A stretch of 59,966 bases of DNA, from positions 1 through 59,966 of the IMG/VR virus record IMGVR_UViG_3300020476_000002. The stretch is one strand, 5' to 3'. Origin of the DNA: a virus. Its lineage: Duplodnaviria; Caudoviricetes. The translations under genes and the position numbers were made by a program. The notes beneath the pieces were generated by a model, which saw only the letters and a program-made list of their open reading frames with translations, did no database searches and was not told the DNA's origin. How positions within the stretch are numbered: position 1 is the stretch's first letter; each line of letters starts with the position of its first letter. Below, in pieces: positions 44,301 through 53,386 of the stretch.

Positions 44301-47112
44301 TTGGGCTGAAGAAACAGCAGCGATTCGACGTTCAGAACGTAGCCACGCAACACAACAATACGACGTGGAAGTTATTTACGAACAGGAAGCGTTTGTTGCT
44401 TCTTGGAATGAATACATAGCTCACCACGCACAACCCCAAGGTCCAGCTTCAGGTATCCCTCATCGTGATTTTATGCGTCCTTTTTGGGAAGGAAAAAGCG
44501 ACGGCGAAATTTTTGGTTGGTTGCAGCGTGAAGGAGCAGATGTTCTTGAACGGTTACCAGAACAGTGGCAGACACCTGAAGGTATGCGGCAACTTATAGA
44601 GAGTGTGCGTTATGAAACAGACACTCTTGTACCTAACTTGCCTGAGTTTGTTGAGGTTCGAGCGAAGCTAGCTAGGGGTGAGTCTGTTCGCTGGGATGCT
44701 GATATGGCTCCTGTTTTGGAACGATTGAAACGGGATCAAGATGAATATTTAGATATTAGTCCCGGTGGTTTAGATCCAAAAGCCTTAGAAGCTGACTTAG
44801 CTGAAACAATAAAGTTACGGGACGAACATAACCAGCTATGGGAAGACGTTGAAGCTGGTAGGCGAGAAATGCCTGACTTCGAAGATGGCTCTTGGACGAA
44901 CGTAGCAGCAAATCTTGATCAAGCTATTGACAATATTCAACGGAATTTAGAAGAAATTGCAGCAGGCGGAACAAGAATGACAGACCGTCTGAGTTTAGAA
45001 GAGTTTGCTGAAGGAGTCCCTCCAATGGGGGCACGGTACAGCGAACAAGGCGGACTTTTTGCTACTCGATACCAACTTGAAAAAGAATTCCCGAATGCTA
45101 CTGGTATCGAAATAAATAGACGCATACGACAAATGTCAATGATTGAACGTTTACGCATAGCAGGAAAAGCCCAACTGTCACGCGAAGTTCTTGAAGCTAA
45201 CGGACCCGGTATTGGAAACAGTTATTGGAACTCGCTAGTTGACTTTGGTAAAAGTATCGGTACCTCCGACTACATGGACGCCATACAAGAAATATCAATG
45301 CGGAAACGTGCAGTCCAACTCATCGACAACTTCGTTACCGACAGATTCGAAAACCTGACAATGGTAGAAGATGTGATATCACGTGGCACCATGTTCGAAG
45401 CAGTATACGAACGAACAATGGCCGAATACCTCCAACGACACCGCAACCCAGACGGCACCTACACAATCAACGGCAACCAACTCGCAACAATCACAGAAAA
45501 GTCACGACAACAAGCCCTATTCGAAACAAAAAATGTTCTCTACGACTTAGCGGAACGTTCACGTTTCGAAGAACTCATGGTCGAATTGATGCCATTCCTC
45601 GGCGCATGGCAAGAAGTTGCCTCTCGTTGGGTGGGCCTCGCCGCAGCCAACCCCGTGTTCGTTGCACGTGCCCTTCGTCCTTGGTATCTACTCACCTCAG
45701 AAGACGAGCATGGTCAAACCAAATTGGTGTTCAAACTTCCTCCAGTGTTTGACACAAGTGTCGCCGGATTCAAACTCTTCGGTCCCATCTCGATGCTCAC
45801 CAAAGAAAACGTTGACCTGAAACTTTCGTCTGCTTCGATGATTGGTGCGCTACCCGGTACTGGTCCACTGTTCTCGTTCCTAACAACTGAACTTGTTATA
45901 CAGGTTCCAGAAATGTCTGAGTTTGTTGACTGGGCATTACCATACGGTTACGCCGAAGGCGGCAACGCTGTCTCTAGGTTCCTTAACGTTCACGCACCTT
46001 CATGGGTGCGAAGCGGACTGCAGCAAGCCGGGATGGATACGAATAGTCGGGCAGCGACAGCAGCCCGAGTCACTCTTGACTATCTTTCCGAACTACACGA
46101 GAACGGTGTCATGGTTGGTGATAGTGCTGCTGAACGACGTGCACTTGACGAAGAAGTTGAACGTCGAGTCAAAATGATATATGGCATGAGAATGTTCCGG
46201 TCTTTAGCAGTCCCAGTTTCATTCAGGCAACAGTCACCTTATTGGGCAATCATCTCAGAGTTCCACAAAATGGAAGATGAGCATGGTGCCGAGATCGCAG
46301 ACTACTGGTTGTTAGAAAACCATCCCGATCTTTGGGCATACACCGGACGCAAATATGCTACCAATGGTGTTGTCGCAGGAACTCTTGAAGGTCACCAAAA
46401 ATATTTGGCGCATCAAGAATTCGCTGATCGTTACCCAGAAGTAGGTGGATTTGTTACTGGTGCAGTTGGGGCGATAGATGTCCAGTTTGAATACAATCGT
46501 GCTGTTCGTGATGAAGAAATTCGGTCAGGGCGTAAAGAGTATTTAGATCCGGGGGGAATTCTTACCGAATCATCGGAGTCTATTGGTTGGCGTGAGTATC
46601 GGGTATTCAGAAACTCTCTTGATGCTGAACTTCGTTTGCGTGCAGATTCTGGTGGGTCAGCAAGTCTAAACGCTAATTCTAATTTTGATTTAAAAACAAA
46701 GAAAGATCAGTTTGTCGCTGAGTTAAGTAGACTCAATCCGATTTGGGCATCCGAATTCAATGACATCGGAAACTTCCAAACACAAGGCAGAATCCTTCAA
46801 GCGTTCAGAGAAATAGTGGCTAGCGAAGATTTTGCTTATCGACCTGAAATTCCTGTTATCGAAATGTTCCTTACCTTGCATGACGGTATCGGCCAAGAGA
46901 TGGTTACTCGTGCCAACATTGAATCCAACTCCAATTACCTTCTTCTTTCATACAAAAAGAATGATGATCTGAGACAACGCTGGGAAATTGGGGTGTTGAG
47001 TATTCTTCGGTACCCAGACTTTGGTCCGATCTATGATAGGTATTTTAGTAAGATGGAAAGTATATCTACCCAAAATCTCCCACGCCGACTTGAATTAGTG
47101 GAAGCGACTTAG
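38365..47112 (+). CDS. giant internal virion / ejection-type protein (B, 2915 aa)
   Basis: Homologous blocks to 1800..7313, with large insertions. Confidence 0.65.
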   Translation: MSIGSRFYEIARTPFVFTSKAVDFFADGLTHIPETYRQSEGSSLERMTYAPIRSWFESFKDNVAGQASVTNDMTPGDSMFGMVMGPKGLIGATVEAIPEWVGPIPVRKVGGVIWTPFLENMQRVYKYGIDRPLGFLATIGNVWGLETQGETEDSGFNLPFTGGVVGQIPGVRNVFQGKPEDAPQRLANMIPGNWQQDDYDAVTLNLDTYKDVWDVTESRSAGQAIILSQQNIDIFDPVSVQDFEGTLYYQMASGTIDLYLNLAGDPGYLAVKGVKLGYGLRQARLQYAQTGEFRLPPNTVRAPFSLSDVRGKRRNARDRDEAAYQNLGWTPKWLKSPASNASVQEVATQRPYLEVKQAVQDLVYRTREELGYGVRGVDEAQPQYVANEIGVFYDRRSGHVGKSREARRAELEGSRKNEVRDTAERLEENTDYNLHLDRQLYEIGEGSRPKSKLPKKMTKAQLIDWILDREFRVEKGPRILSDVEDLDPVYLTSGEGAVTELAALPDDPIMMTGQIDQLMVRIGEELDALQKEFGSFDRDQVIANILEDTPYNTLDDIADALDDLWDRRQSGGVDSEIDSGQMPLEELYEALELTRFGDSPDFPNTFFLDDEAIRGLGLDPADGPVPVTASMNTPSELFDTQGSPGIIFADEADRIPALLDYLGMDGAAAISNFDRITGNVGGGQKLVNWVERVLDLEDARYADPEGQEFRAAQQRVDAARGELEELVEPISRRIDDWDQFDDFADMTSAAEANYVDINQYPLFWLDNLLNQIERPLSTREGWARPRFDQYFAFWGVGLDSPTIQRILKEKRIIELERLQGTVTQKLAAFDQATVRVMELKQDPLLLGGTADNPVFVPPTKTPTEKFIDVLALKIMNAGKAGKLGQKWRRMPHDQAYQRAKIWATLANTGPVDSTSWLPFDNFLKLEVGAPAARQAMESQAHFLAAMFGGGDFQGFKFYLRRYATVNESIKQIQRALAFYGDPELRAHAVPSPEDIQNPRYVDGPIEVTEAGEWSTAYTTPEQQLTELATVPFENIESYKQLGEYKIRVLQQELAFLNRKFQAEISSMSTKMRAYFDEFDPELDTEWHFRDDIEANQGSQPSIGFEDIEDFVVPQMGTPEFDNFISQLNQLDQMPWNAILNVKEDLLKTLIEEQPQLFSGPDKIPGTVPKYQEVVKGSESLIQVTTDQILDMTGIPLSPTGMLPYLGAPNRLGFSARTFVERSERYNNFARSRAVRVIVDKVAQGLVDWRNPSHAYIQVERMMRDFERLADKDGVPLTEKLREYYRIGWQETDVEAIARGAPEGVPNAYDGFVIDEVLAELLNKTDDPIAMRHLFEDVSQRMLDIVVDAYADIRDPITGKRIIDNHKVVQILRGDMSAADDLLKTSAERQDRMFGNGDVTTVEWINDGENIRRHIPIMPSQVQHTSIVPRFDMFQRLVNIVGDDYKTILDADGNPQRIHLGKSRAQVRVARRFMSTAWKRGVLLTPRWQMVVNIDSMLRTMAHVGTAATVGRLGNRMDTLQARWLRKSGVDVTRLVADEVAARIDADGILTPERVLGEIERRYPELEYLEGGSITDLANDPLIRDMITKPEDAINSMRLQIEYDAGNPKYFVRNLKRELSEEQLDEWGANVIEELEKRERGETPQPVEVDRTVSVMNLIDEVLDEFLMGYSREFGTRGRSSYKEPEAIHMDAKGGVKLPEGTQPDVMSLELDDAFRRMEMGGMNYDKWISADSRMGRSRGSQFVENVQQYNRLREFAPDHPALKETFDELVEGVIDSEYARGRRMRRIGLTTGVGLFFGGPVGAAVAGLAYSKYSRNSLQALARRTIANDYAQALRLEAYDSLNRLEKLDEAVLRGYMPEDFRIRDFEALTPDELMMLDMGYEVAEVLGQAAKDRREAARLISTRADFIDDYQRNVVDAFRADQPELAGRFDEAAEILGDAGYGQTQFGNVSIDNAWGDIPQLQEVWERVNSANATARSVWAEETAAIRRSERSHATQQYDVEVIYEQEAFVASWNEYIAHHAQPQGPASGIPHRDFMRPFWEGKSDGEIFGWLQREGADVLERLPEQWQTPEGMRQLIESVRYETDTLVPNLPEFVEVRAKLARGESVRWDADMAPVLERLKRDQDEYLDISPGGLDPKALEADLAETIKLRDEHNQLWEDVEAGRREMPDFEDGSWTNVAANLDQAIDNIQRNLEEIAAGGTRMTDRLSLEEFAEGVPPMGARYSEQGGLFATRYQLEKEFPNATGIEINRRIRQMSMIERLRIAGKAQLSREVLEANGPGIGNSYWNSLVDFGKSIGTSDYMDAIQEISMRKRAVQLIDNFVTDRFENLTMVEDVISRGTMFEAVYERTMAEYLQRHRNPDGTYTINGNQLATITEKSRQQALFETKNVLYDLAERSRFEELMVELMPFLGAWQEVASRWVGLAAANPVFVARALRPWYLLTSEDEHGQTKLVFKLPPVFDTSVAGFKLFGPISMLTKENVDLKLSSASMIGALPGTGPLFSFLTTELVIQVPEMSEFVDWALPYGYAEGGNAVSRFLNVHAPSWVRSGLQQAGMDTNSRAATAARVTLDYLSELHENGVMVGDSAAERRALDEEVERRVKMIYGMRMFRSLAVPVSFRQQSPYWAIISEFHKMEDEHGAEIADYWLLENHPDLWAYTGRKYATNGVVAGTLEGHQKYLAHQEFADRYPEVGGFVTGAVGAIDVQFEYNRAVRDEEIRSGRKEYLDPGGILTESSESIGWREYRVFRNSLDAELRLRADSGGSASLNANSNFDLKTKKDQFVAELSRLNPIWASEFNDIGNFQTQGRILQAFREIVASEDFAYRPEIPVIEMFLTLHDGIGQEMVTRANIESNSNYLLLSYKKNDDLRQRWEIGVLSILRYPDFGPIYDRYFSKMESISTQNLPRRLELVEAT

Positions 47113-47113
47113 T

Positions 47114-48613
47114 ATGGCCGACCCTGAAGAAACAGAAGTTGATGCAGAAACTAAAGAGGCTTTAGCAGACGAGTTGCTTTACGGCCAAGTAGCAACTGAT
47201 AATGAAAGGTTACGTGGTATTGAAGCAGAAATTCAGGCAGAAATAGCAGGTTTCGGACTTGACATGGAAGCAGTTTTCAGTGTGGAAACAGCTATTAGTT
47301 TAGCTATTACTGCTGCCTCAGCTATTTGGGGACCAAAGTGGGCATTAGTTGTAAGTGCCGCGACGTTGGGGGGAATGGTTCTTAACTGGTTTGGCCTAGA
47401 TCATGAAATGTCTGCAGGAGAAATAGTCAATCAAGAGAAAGACGATAGTGAACCTGCAGCCGCAATCCCAGTGGCGAATGCAGCCCAAGCAGAAGTAGCG
47501 ACCAGAAGCGAAGCAGGCACTCTCAAAAATGCAGACGATCTTGCGGCAGCATACCGTGATGTAGCAACTAAAGCAGGGGTAACGGAAGAAGAAGCTCAAT
47601 TCGAAGTTCAACAAGCCTTGTCACAACAGGTAGGCGAAATGCAATACGGTCAAGACGACCCGAGAGGCAGCACAACATCGCTTCTTAATGACGCTTTCGT
47701 GATGAACACAATGAAACCCGGCACGTTTGCTTTTAACACCGCATATCTTCCCTACGATAAAGGCGGTGTGCGACGTACACGCATAAACAAATTTGATCTT
47801 CCCGGTATGTTAGGTACCGAAGATATGGCGTTCTATGCTTACCGTCCCCTAGTTATGCCGGGTACCGGACTTCCTCGATCCTCAAAATTTGAGGATGTGG
47901 ATGTGTTAGGATTTCGTTGGGAAGTTGATCCCAATCTCCAAAAACAAGGATTCGAATTCAATCGAATAGTTGAGCAAGATGTTCCCGTCACTGTGTCCGA
48001 TGTCATGGCGATTTACGATGAACAGCCCGAAGAGTCGCAGCGTCTTATCGCTCAGGGTTTAGCTTTGGGTGATGGGATAACGTCGTGGACATACGGGATT
48101 CTTGGTGACCGAATGTATACAGATCCTGATGCAATATATGATCGGGATGTGGTCCAAAGATCTTTAATGAATATGTCTGATGCTGCCATATACCAAGCAT
48201 CAAGACTTGTCGGAGGGTTCTCTGAACTTGATGACCGTTTTATTCCTAAGGGTTTAGATGCCCCGGTTCCGATTGAAAATTTCCAAAATGATTTATTCGA
48301 TCAAGCAGTTAAGGCTGGTCGTGTTGCCCAAATCAATAGGGATCATGGTCGTCAAATGGCTCGGGATGTGTTGATTGGGTTGACTGGGCGACGCAATGTG
48401 GGTGGTTTTATGAATATGGTCGATCAATGGACTAAAGAAATCCAGTTGGAAAACATCGGGGTAAATATTACGGGAGCAGAATTTGAGGCTGGTATAACGG
48501 CTCGTGCTTTGGAAGCTGTAGATGAAGGCGAGTTACCTGAAGTTGAAGCTGGGATAGCTGCGGTTGATAAAGCTACTGCTGGTGCAATATTGGCGAGAGC
48601 GATGGCCCAATAA
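47114..48613 (+). CDS. putative internal virion protein with hydrophobic hairpin
   Basis: 499 aa with N-terminal hydrophobic segments. Syntenic with 7321..8088. Confidence 0.55.
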   Translation: MADPEETEVDAETKEALADELLYGQVATDNERLRGIEAEIQAEIAGFGLDMEAVFSVETAISLAITAASAIWGPKWALVVSAATLGGMVLNWFGLDHEMSAGEIVNQEKDDSEPAAAIPVANAAQAEVATRSEAGTLKNADDLAAAYRDVATKAGVTEEEAQFEVQQALSQQVGEMQYGQDDPRGSTTSLLNDAFVMNTMKPGTFAFNTAYLPYDKGGVRRTRINKFDLPGMLGTEDMAFYAYRPLVMPGTGLPRSSKFEDVDVLGFRWEVDPNLQKQGFEFNRIVEQDVPVTVSDVMAIYDEQPEESQRLIAQGLALGDGITSWTYGILGDRMYTDPDAIYDRDVVQRSLMNMSDAAIYQASRLVGGFSELDDRFIPKGLDAPVPIENFQNDLFDQAVKAGRVAQINRDHGRQMARDVLIGLTGRRNVGGFMNMVDQWTKEIQLENIGVNITGAEFEAGITARALEAVDEGELPEVEAGIAAVDKATAGAILARAMAQ

Positions 48614-49629
48614 TGGTTAATGTAGGCGAAATTCCGGGCACTATTGAACAAGAAATTGATCAGACAATGGTCGAATCTTTGAAAGATCGTCCTCTCGAAC
48701 CTGATCTTGTTACTTTTGGTTTCGAATCGCTGATTGGTGATCCGACTGCCCGAGTTGAATTTGGTGGTCAGAAATGGAATATCTACGATCTTGTTCTTGC
48801 TAATCCTTACGAGTTTGATCTGAAAAGTGATAGTGGGATTCAGTCAATGCAGTTGTGGGTTAACAAACTTTATGCCAGCACAGAGCATTACCGCAATAGT
48901 GAGCAAGGACGTGCGCTTCGTAAAGAAGAATGGTATAAAGCTGGCGATGACAGCGACGAATTAACGACACGCCAAAAAGATCTCATCTCAGATCTTGTTG
49001 AAAAGGTCGAAGAAATTGCTGCGTTAAGCAACCTTGGTTGGGGCGAAGACGAGATCAACGAATTTGCTTTAGATGCTTGGCTAGCTGGTTGGACTGAAAC
49101 AGATGTAGATAAAATTAGGGATCTGATTAGCGAAGACGATGATCTGGAATTCGGGATTGATGCACGACCGGGTAGCGACATCGCCGCAAACGTAGCCAAT
49201 ATCAATGAAAAATTACGGCAACACCTTATGGACCCATCCCAAATGGATGAAGGCTGGGTTGAAGATGCGTCACGCCGCATATATCGGGGTGAAACTACTT
49301 TAGATATTTTGGCAACAGAGTTAGCTGAACAATCAGCAACTCTTTACCCCAACTTCGCTGACCGTATCCGTGCAGGGGTTGCCCCAACAACTATTCTTAG
49401 CAGCTATAACCCTATCTTTAGAAACGTGTTCGGGTATACCCCATCGTGGGATGGTTCGGAACGTGAAATGGGAATGACTTTAGGTAACGATCCGGCTGTT
49501 CTTTCTGGCGCGAACTTCGCTCATTATCTTCGTACTACCGATAAGTACGATAGATCTGAGGCTGGTCTTAATAGAGGATATGATTTGATGCAGACTATGG
49601 GCAAGGCTTTAGGACTGGTGGCACCGTAA
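48613..49629 (+). CDS. putative internal virion protein
   Basis: Resembles the C-terminus of 8088..10664. Confidence 0.55.
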   Translation: MVNVGEIPGTIEQEIDQTMVESLKDRPLEPDLVTFGFESLIGDPTARVEFGGQKWNIYDLVLANPYEFDLKSDSGIQSMQLWVNKLYASTEHYRNSEQGRALRKEEWYKAGDDSDELTTRQKDLISDLVEKVEEIAALSNLGWGEDEINEFALDAWLAGWTETDVDKIRDLISEDDDLEFGIDARPGSDIAANVANINEKLRQHLMDPSQMDEGWVEDASRRIYRGETTLDILATELAEQSATLYPNFADRIRAGVAPTTILSSYNPIFRNVFGYTPSWDGSEREMGMTLGNDPAVLSGANFAHYLRTTDKYDRSEAGLNRGYDLMQTMGKALGLVAP

Positions 49630-51071
49630 TGGCTTTGGAAGATCCAGTAAATTGGGCTGCAAACGAAGCTGGGTTGTCTACCTCCCAGAAGCGTGCAGCT
49701 GCACGTGAAGTAATAAAACAAGAGCAACGTGACCTTAACGAAGCCAATGCAGGCAAAGTTGATGCGGATGGGAACGTTTACGTTCCTTTGGTTGTTGACG
49801 GTATCGTTGGTCCAAAGACTCAGGGCGCTAGAGATTTTGTCCCTGTTGAGACACCGAGTAGCACCGACGGTCCTTCGCAGACAGAAGGGATACCGGAATA
49901 CGCTAAGGCTCGCGAAATTTTAGGGATGACCGACGAACAAATTATTGCCGGTATCCATGACGGAAGCCTGCACCCCGATCAAAAAAATTATCCCGGCGTA
50001 CCCAATCATCCGCTAACTGGACCGCAACCGGGTCCGGGGCAGATATGGAACTTCAACCCTAATGCTACAAACCCAGAAGATTATTGGCAAATAATCGACG
50101 AGTACGGTCCCGGTAAAGACGGTAAAGGCGATGAAGATAATGAAGATGATCGTGGGGAAAATGCTTGGTTGTCGTACCAAAAAGAAAGAGGTATCGCTAG
50201 TACGAAAGCTATGATGCGAGGCTTTCTCAACCAGTTCGGGCTTGGTGGTGCAGTCAATCCAGACGGTAGCGTAAACCCAGACTTAACTAAATGGGCGTTA
50301 GGTATGTCCGAAACAGGGCTTGATGGTGACGCAATCGTTTTCGAAATGCGATACGGAACCGATCCAACAGTTCGAGCCGCTTATGACAGTGTATTTCCGG
50401 CAATGGCAGAACGACGCAAGAACGGTTACTCGGCTATCACCGAAGCAGAGTACATAAACCTTACCCGTGGCTACACTCAGATTGCTACAGCAGCAGGTAT
50501 AGATCCCGATTTCTTAGCTGGGGAAGGTAAAACGGTTGCCGCTGACGGTATTACTGCGTTAATAGCAGGCGATGTGTCTCTCGCAGAATGGCGTGACCGG
50601 GTAGATCTTGCAGAATGGTCAGTAACTACTGTAGATCCCAATGTTAAAGGCATTCTCCAAACAACTTATGGGTACACAGATCAGGATTTAGTGATGCATT
50701 TCCTTAATCCGAAACTTGCAGCGAGTGTTAAGAAAGCACAACAAGATGTTGGTGGTGCAAAAATTATTTCTGCTGGGGTAACTGCGATTGGTGATACGTT
50801 GAGCCGGTCTTTCGCTGACTACGCATACGGGCAAGACATCCAAGGACGTGAAGTTACTGCTGGACTTAGCCCATATGGGGCGTTGACAGGTAGCACTCTT
50901 TATGAAGAAGGAATGACCGCAGACGAAATTGCTTGGGGGCATTTCGGAGATTCCGAACAACGTGACGTATTGCGACGTGAAAGAGCACGACGTTCATCTC
51001 CGTTCCAAGGTGCCGGTGGTTTAGCTGCCACATCTGAAGGTATTATTGGTGCTGGCGCTGTCAGTAATTGA
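49629..51071 (+). CDS. putative internal virion protein with a PG_binding_1-like motif
   Basis: VDGIVGPKT; homologue of 10664..11953. Confidence 0.6.
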   Translation: MALEDPVNWAANEAGLSTSQKRAAAREVIKQEQRDLNEANAGKVDADGNVYVPLVVDGIVGPKTQGARDFVPVETPSSTDGPSQTEGIPEYAKAREILGMTDEQIIAGIHDGSLHPDQKNYPGVPNHPLTGPQPGPGQIWNFNPNATNPEDYWQIIDEYGPGKDGKGDEDNEDDRGENAWLSYQKERGIASTKAMMRGFLNQFGLGGAVNPDGSVNPDLTKWALGMSETGLDGDAIVFEMRYGTDPTVRAAYDSVFPAMAERRKNGYSAITEAEYINLTRGYTQIATAAGIDPDFLAGEGKTVAADGITALIAGDVSLAEWRDRVDLAEWSVTTVDPNVKGILQTTYGYTDQDLVMHFLNPKLAASVKKAQQDVGGAKIISAGVTAIGDTLSRSFADYAYGQDIQGREVTAGLSPYGALTGSTLYEEGMTADEIAWGHFGDSEQRDVLRRERARRSSPFQGAGGLAATSEGIIGAGAVSN

Positions 51072-51096
51072 CACAAACATAGCGGTATGCAATAAT
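51068..51096 (+). promoter_or_regulatory. sigma70-type promoter for scaffold/capsid (B)
   Basis: TTGACA-17 nt-AATAAT with TGn extension. Confidence 0.65.
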
Positions 51097-51190
51097 TGGT
51101 TTGTTGGTCGGCCCCGTATGGGCGAGCTAGCCACAAAATTTCCATCCAAAGTACCACCGCTGAGGATGCGTTTACATAGGTGAGTGACAT

Positions 51191-51673
51191 ATGACAGACA
51201 ATGACTCCATTGGAAACAATGTAAGTGATTCTGGCAGTTCAACCGAATCGAAACCAAACTGGCGACGAGATCTGGAAAATCGTGCTAAAGAAGCAGAAGA
51301 TAAAGCTGCGGCTTTAGAAGATCAGCTTTCGTCTATTCAGCGACGTGATACGTTTCGTTCAGCAGGACTTGATCTTGATGACGCACGTACCAAGTATTTC
51401 GTGAAGGGCTATGAAGGTGAACTCGATGTTGAAGCTATCCGTCAGGAAGCTACAGCAGCAGGGTTCTTGGGTGCTGCTGATGCTGCACCGACAGCCCAAA
51501 ATGCTGCGTTTAACGACATGTTAATTGCAGAGCAGCGAATACAAGCGGCTGGTGAAGGCGGAGATCCGGTGTTACCACCTGATTTAGACGCTCAGATTAG
51601 ATCAACAGAAAACGAAGATGAACTTCGTGCGTTGTTAGAGTCGAATGGTATTATGTGGGGCGCAGCTACCTAA
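51191..51673 (+). CDS. capsid scaffolding protein (B)
   Basis: ESKPNWRRDLENRAKEAE is shared with 12085..12561. Confidence 0.7.
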   Translation: MTDNDSIGNNVSDSGSSTESKPNWRRDLENRAKEAEDKAAALEDQLSSIQRRDTFRSAGLDLDDARTKYFVKGYEGELDVEAIRQEATAAGFLGAADAAPTAQNAAFNDMLIAEQRIQAAGEGGDPVLPPDLDAQIRSTENEDELRALLESNGIMWGAAT

Positions 51674-51714
51674 TCCTTTTTTGAATCTGTGGAGTCCCAA
51701 ACATTGGACTCACA

Positions 51715-52704
51715 GTGGCTTATACACCACCACTTTCTTTAACTAACCCGACCGGAACCGGTCAACTAACGAACCAAGTAACTACGGCTTTCGAACAGAT
51801 TGCTTATTTTGCTTTGCGTTCACAGCCTCTTTACGAGATGATTTGTGATGTTCGTTCAACTGCACAGAGCCACAATGCGGCAACTGTTCAGTTCACGTTC
51901 TATCCAAACATGGATCAGGTTACTGGGACGCTTACTGAAGCTACAGACGTTACGCCTGTTGCTCTTAGTGACTCCAAAGTAGATGTTGCGTTGAACGAGT
52001 ATGGTAGCTCGGTCATCACGACTGCTTTGATTCGTGGCACATCATTCTTGAATGTTGATGCTGACGCCGCCAACATCATTGGTTACAACATGGTCGATTC
52101 AATCGACAAAGTTGTTTCTAATGTGCTTATGGCTGGCACTAACGTCTTGTATTCCAAAGGAACACAGGCAACACGCCCAACTTCTCGTGTAACAGTCGGG
52201 GATGATGCAACATTTGATGCTAATGTAGGTCGTGAAGCTGTAGCAGCGCTTCGTGGCGATTCTGCTCCCGGTTGGGAAAACGGAAACTACATGGCGATCA
52301 TTCACCCGGATGTTTCCTACGATCTTCGTGGAGACACAGCGGTAACTGACGTTATCCAATACCAACTGTACCAAGACGGTGCACCGATTCGTGCAGGCTC
52401 GATCGGCACATTCAACGGCATCAACTATATTGAGAACCCTCGTGCTCCCATATTGGATGATGCTGGTGTTGGTGGTGCAACCAACGTTTACCAGACTCTT
52501 ATCTGTGGTCGCCAAGCTGCGGCGAAGGCTTTCAGCCGTGCGCCGGGATTTGGTGAGCAACCAAGCATTGTGTTCGGTCCTGTGACTGACACGCTGCGCC
52601 GGTTCAACCCTGTGGGCTGGTATCACCTTGCTGGATGGTCAATCTTCCGGCAGGAATGTATGCGACGAGTTGAATCGTCGTCATCTATAGGCGACAACAC
52701 CTGA
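51715..52704 (+). CDS. major capsid protein (N4-gp56-like family), B
   Basis: Homologue of 12605..13543; DTLRRFNPVGWY. Confidence 0.85.
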   Translation: MAYTPPLSLTNPTGTGQLTNQVTTAFEQIAYFALRSQPLYEMICDVRSTAQSHNAATVQFTFYPNMDQVTGTLTEATDVTPVALSDSKVDVALNEYGSSVITTALIRGTSFLNVDADAANIIGYNMVDSIDKVVSNVLMAGTNVLYSKGTQATRPTSRVTVGDDATFDANVGREAVAALRGDSAPGWENGNYMAIIHPDVSYDLRGDTAVTDVIQYQLYQDGAPIRAGSIGTFNGINYIENPRAPILDDAGVGGATNVYQTLICGRQAAAKAFSRAPGFGEQPSIVFGPVTDTLRRFNPVGWYHLAGWSIFRQECMRRVESSSSIGDNT

Positions 52705-52721
52705 TAGTTGTTGCTCACTGA

Positions 52722-52769
52722 GGTGTAGGGGGGTCGGGTTTTCCCCCTTTCCCCGGCTCCCCTGCTTCC
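52722..52769 (+). terminator. GC-rich hairpin after major capsid gene (B)
   Basis: GTAGGGGGGTCGGG / CCCGGCTCCCCTGC stem. Confidence 0.65.
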
Positions 52770-52787
52770 TCTGCTATCATTTCAACC

Positions 52788-52886
52788 ATGCCTGTCGTTA
52801 ACGGAAAAAAGTATCCTTATACCGCTAAAGGTAAAAAGGCTGCTGCTGCAGCAAGAAAGAAAAAGAATGCAAAAGCCAAACGGTGA
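52788..52886 (+). CDS. 32-aa basic microprotein
   Basis: MPVVNGKKYPYTAKGKKAAAAARKKK; homologue of 13636..13761. Confidence 0.55.
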   Translation: MPVVNGKKYPYTAKGKKAAAAARKKKNAKAKR

Positions 52887-52941
52887 TGTAACGATTCGGC
52901 CCAAACCCATAACTGGGACCGGAGGAGCTAAACGTGGCTAG
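52867..52941 (+). CDS. 24-aa microprotein
   Basis: MQKPNGDVTIRPKPITGTGGAKRG; homologue of 13761..13844. Confidence 0.4.
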   Translation: MQKPNGDVTIRPKPITGTGGAKRG

Positions 52942-53377
52942 TGGCCTTTACTGCCTGTCAATGGAACAAAACTTAGAACAGGTAACTAATTTTCAAATTG
53001 ATTTTAATGATACGACTGCTGATCGTTTCAAATGCATGTTGTCTACAGCTTCGTGGACACCGGCTTACAGCACAATGTCAGTTAAGTCTGATGTGACTCA
53101 CGAGGTGTCTGGTGCCGGGTATACCGCTGGTGGGGAGTCGTTGACTTCTGTCACGTTCGCTACGAGTGGGGGAACGATTACTTGGGATGCAGCGGATGTG
53201 GAGTGGGCTTCGAGCACGATTACTGATGCTCGTTACGCCACCATTTATGACGACACGCTCACTAATGATCCTTTGATTTGTACTATTGATTTTGGTGGAG
53301 ATTTTTCTACTGTGTCTGGTACGTTCAAAATTACTTGGAATGCAAGCGGTATCTTTACGCTTGACTTGACCCCGTAG
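52934..53377 (+). CDS. virion structural protein (beta-rich)
   Basis: Close homologue of 13837..14280. Confidence 0.7.
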   Translation: MASGLYCLSMEQNLEQVTNFQIDFNDTTADRFKCMLSTASWTPAYSTMSVKSDVTHEVSGAGYTAGGESLTSVTFATSGGTITWDAADVEWASSTITDARYATIYDDTLTNDPLICTIDFGGDFSTVSGTFKITWNASGIFTLDLTP

Positions 53378-53386
53378 GAGTAAATA

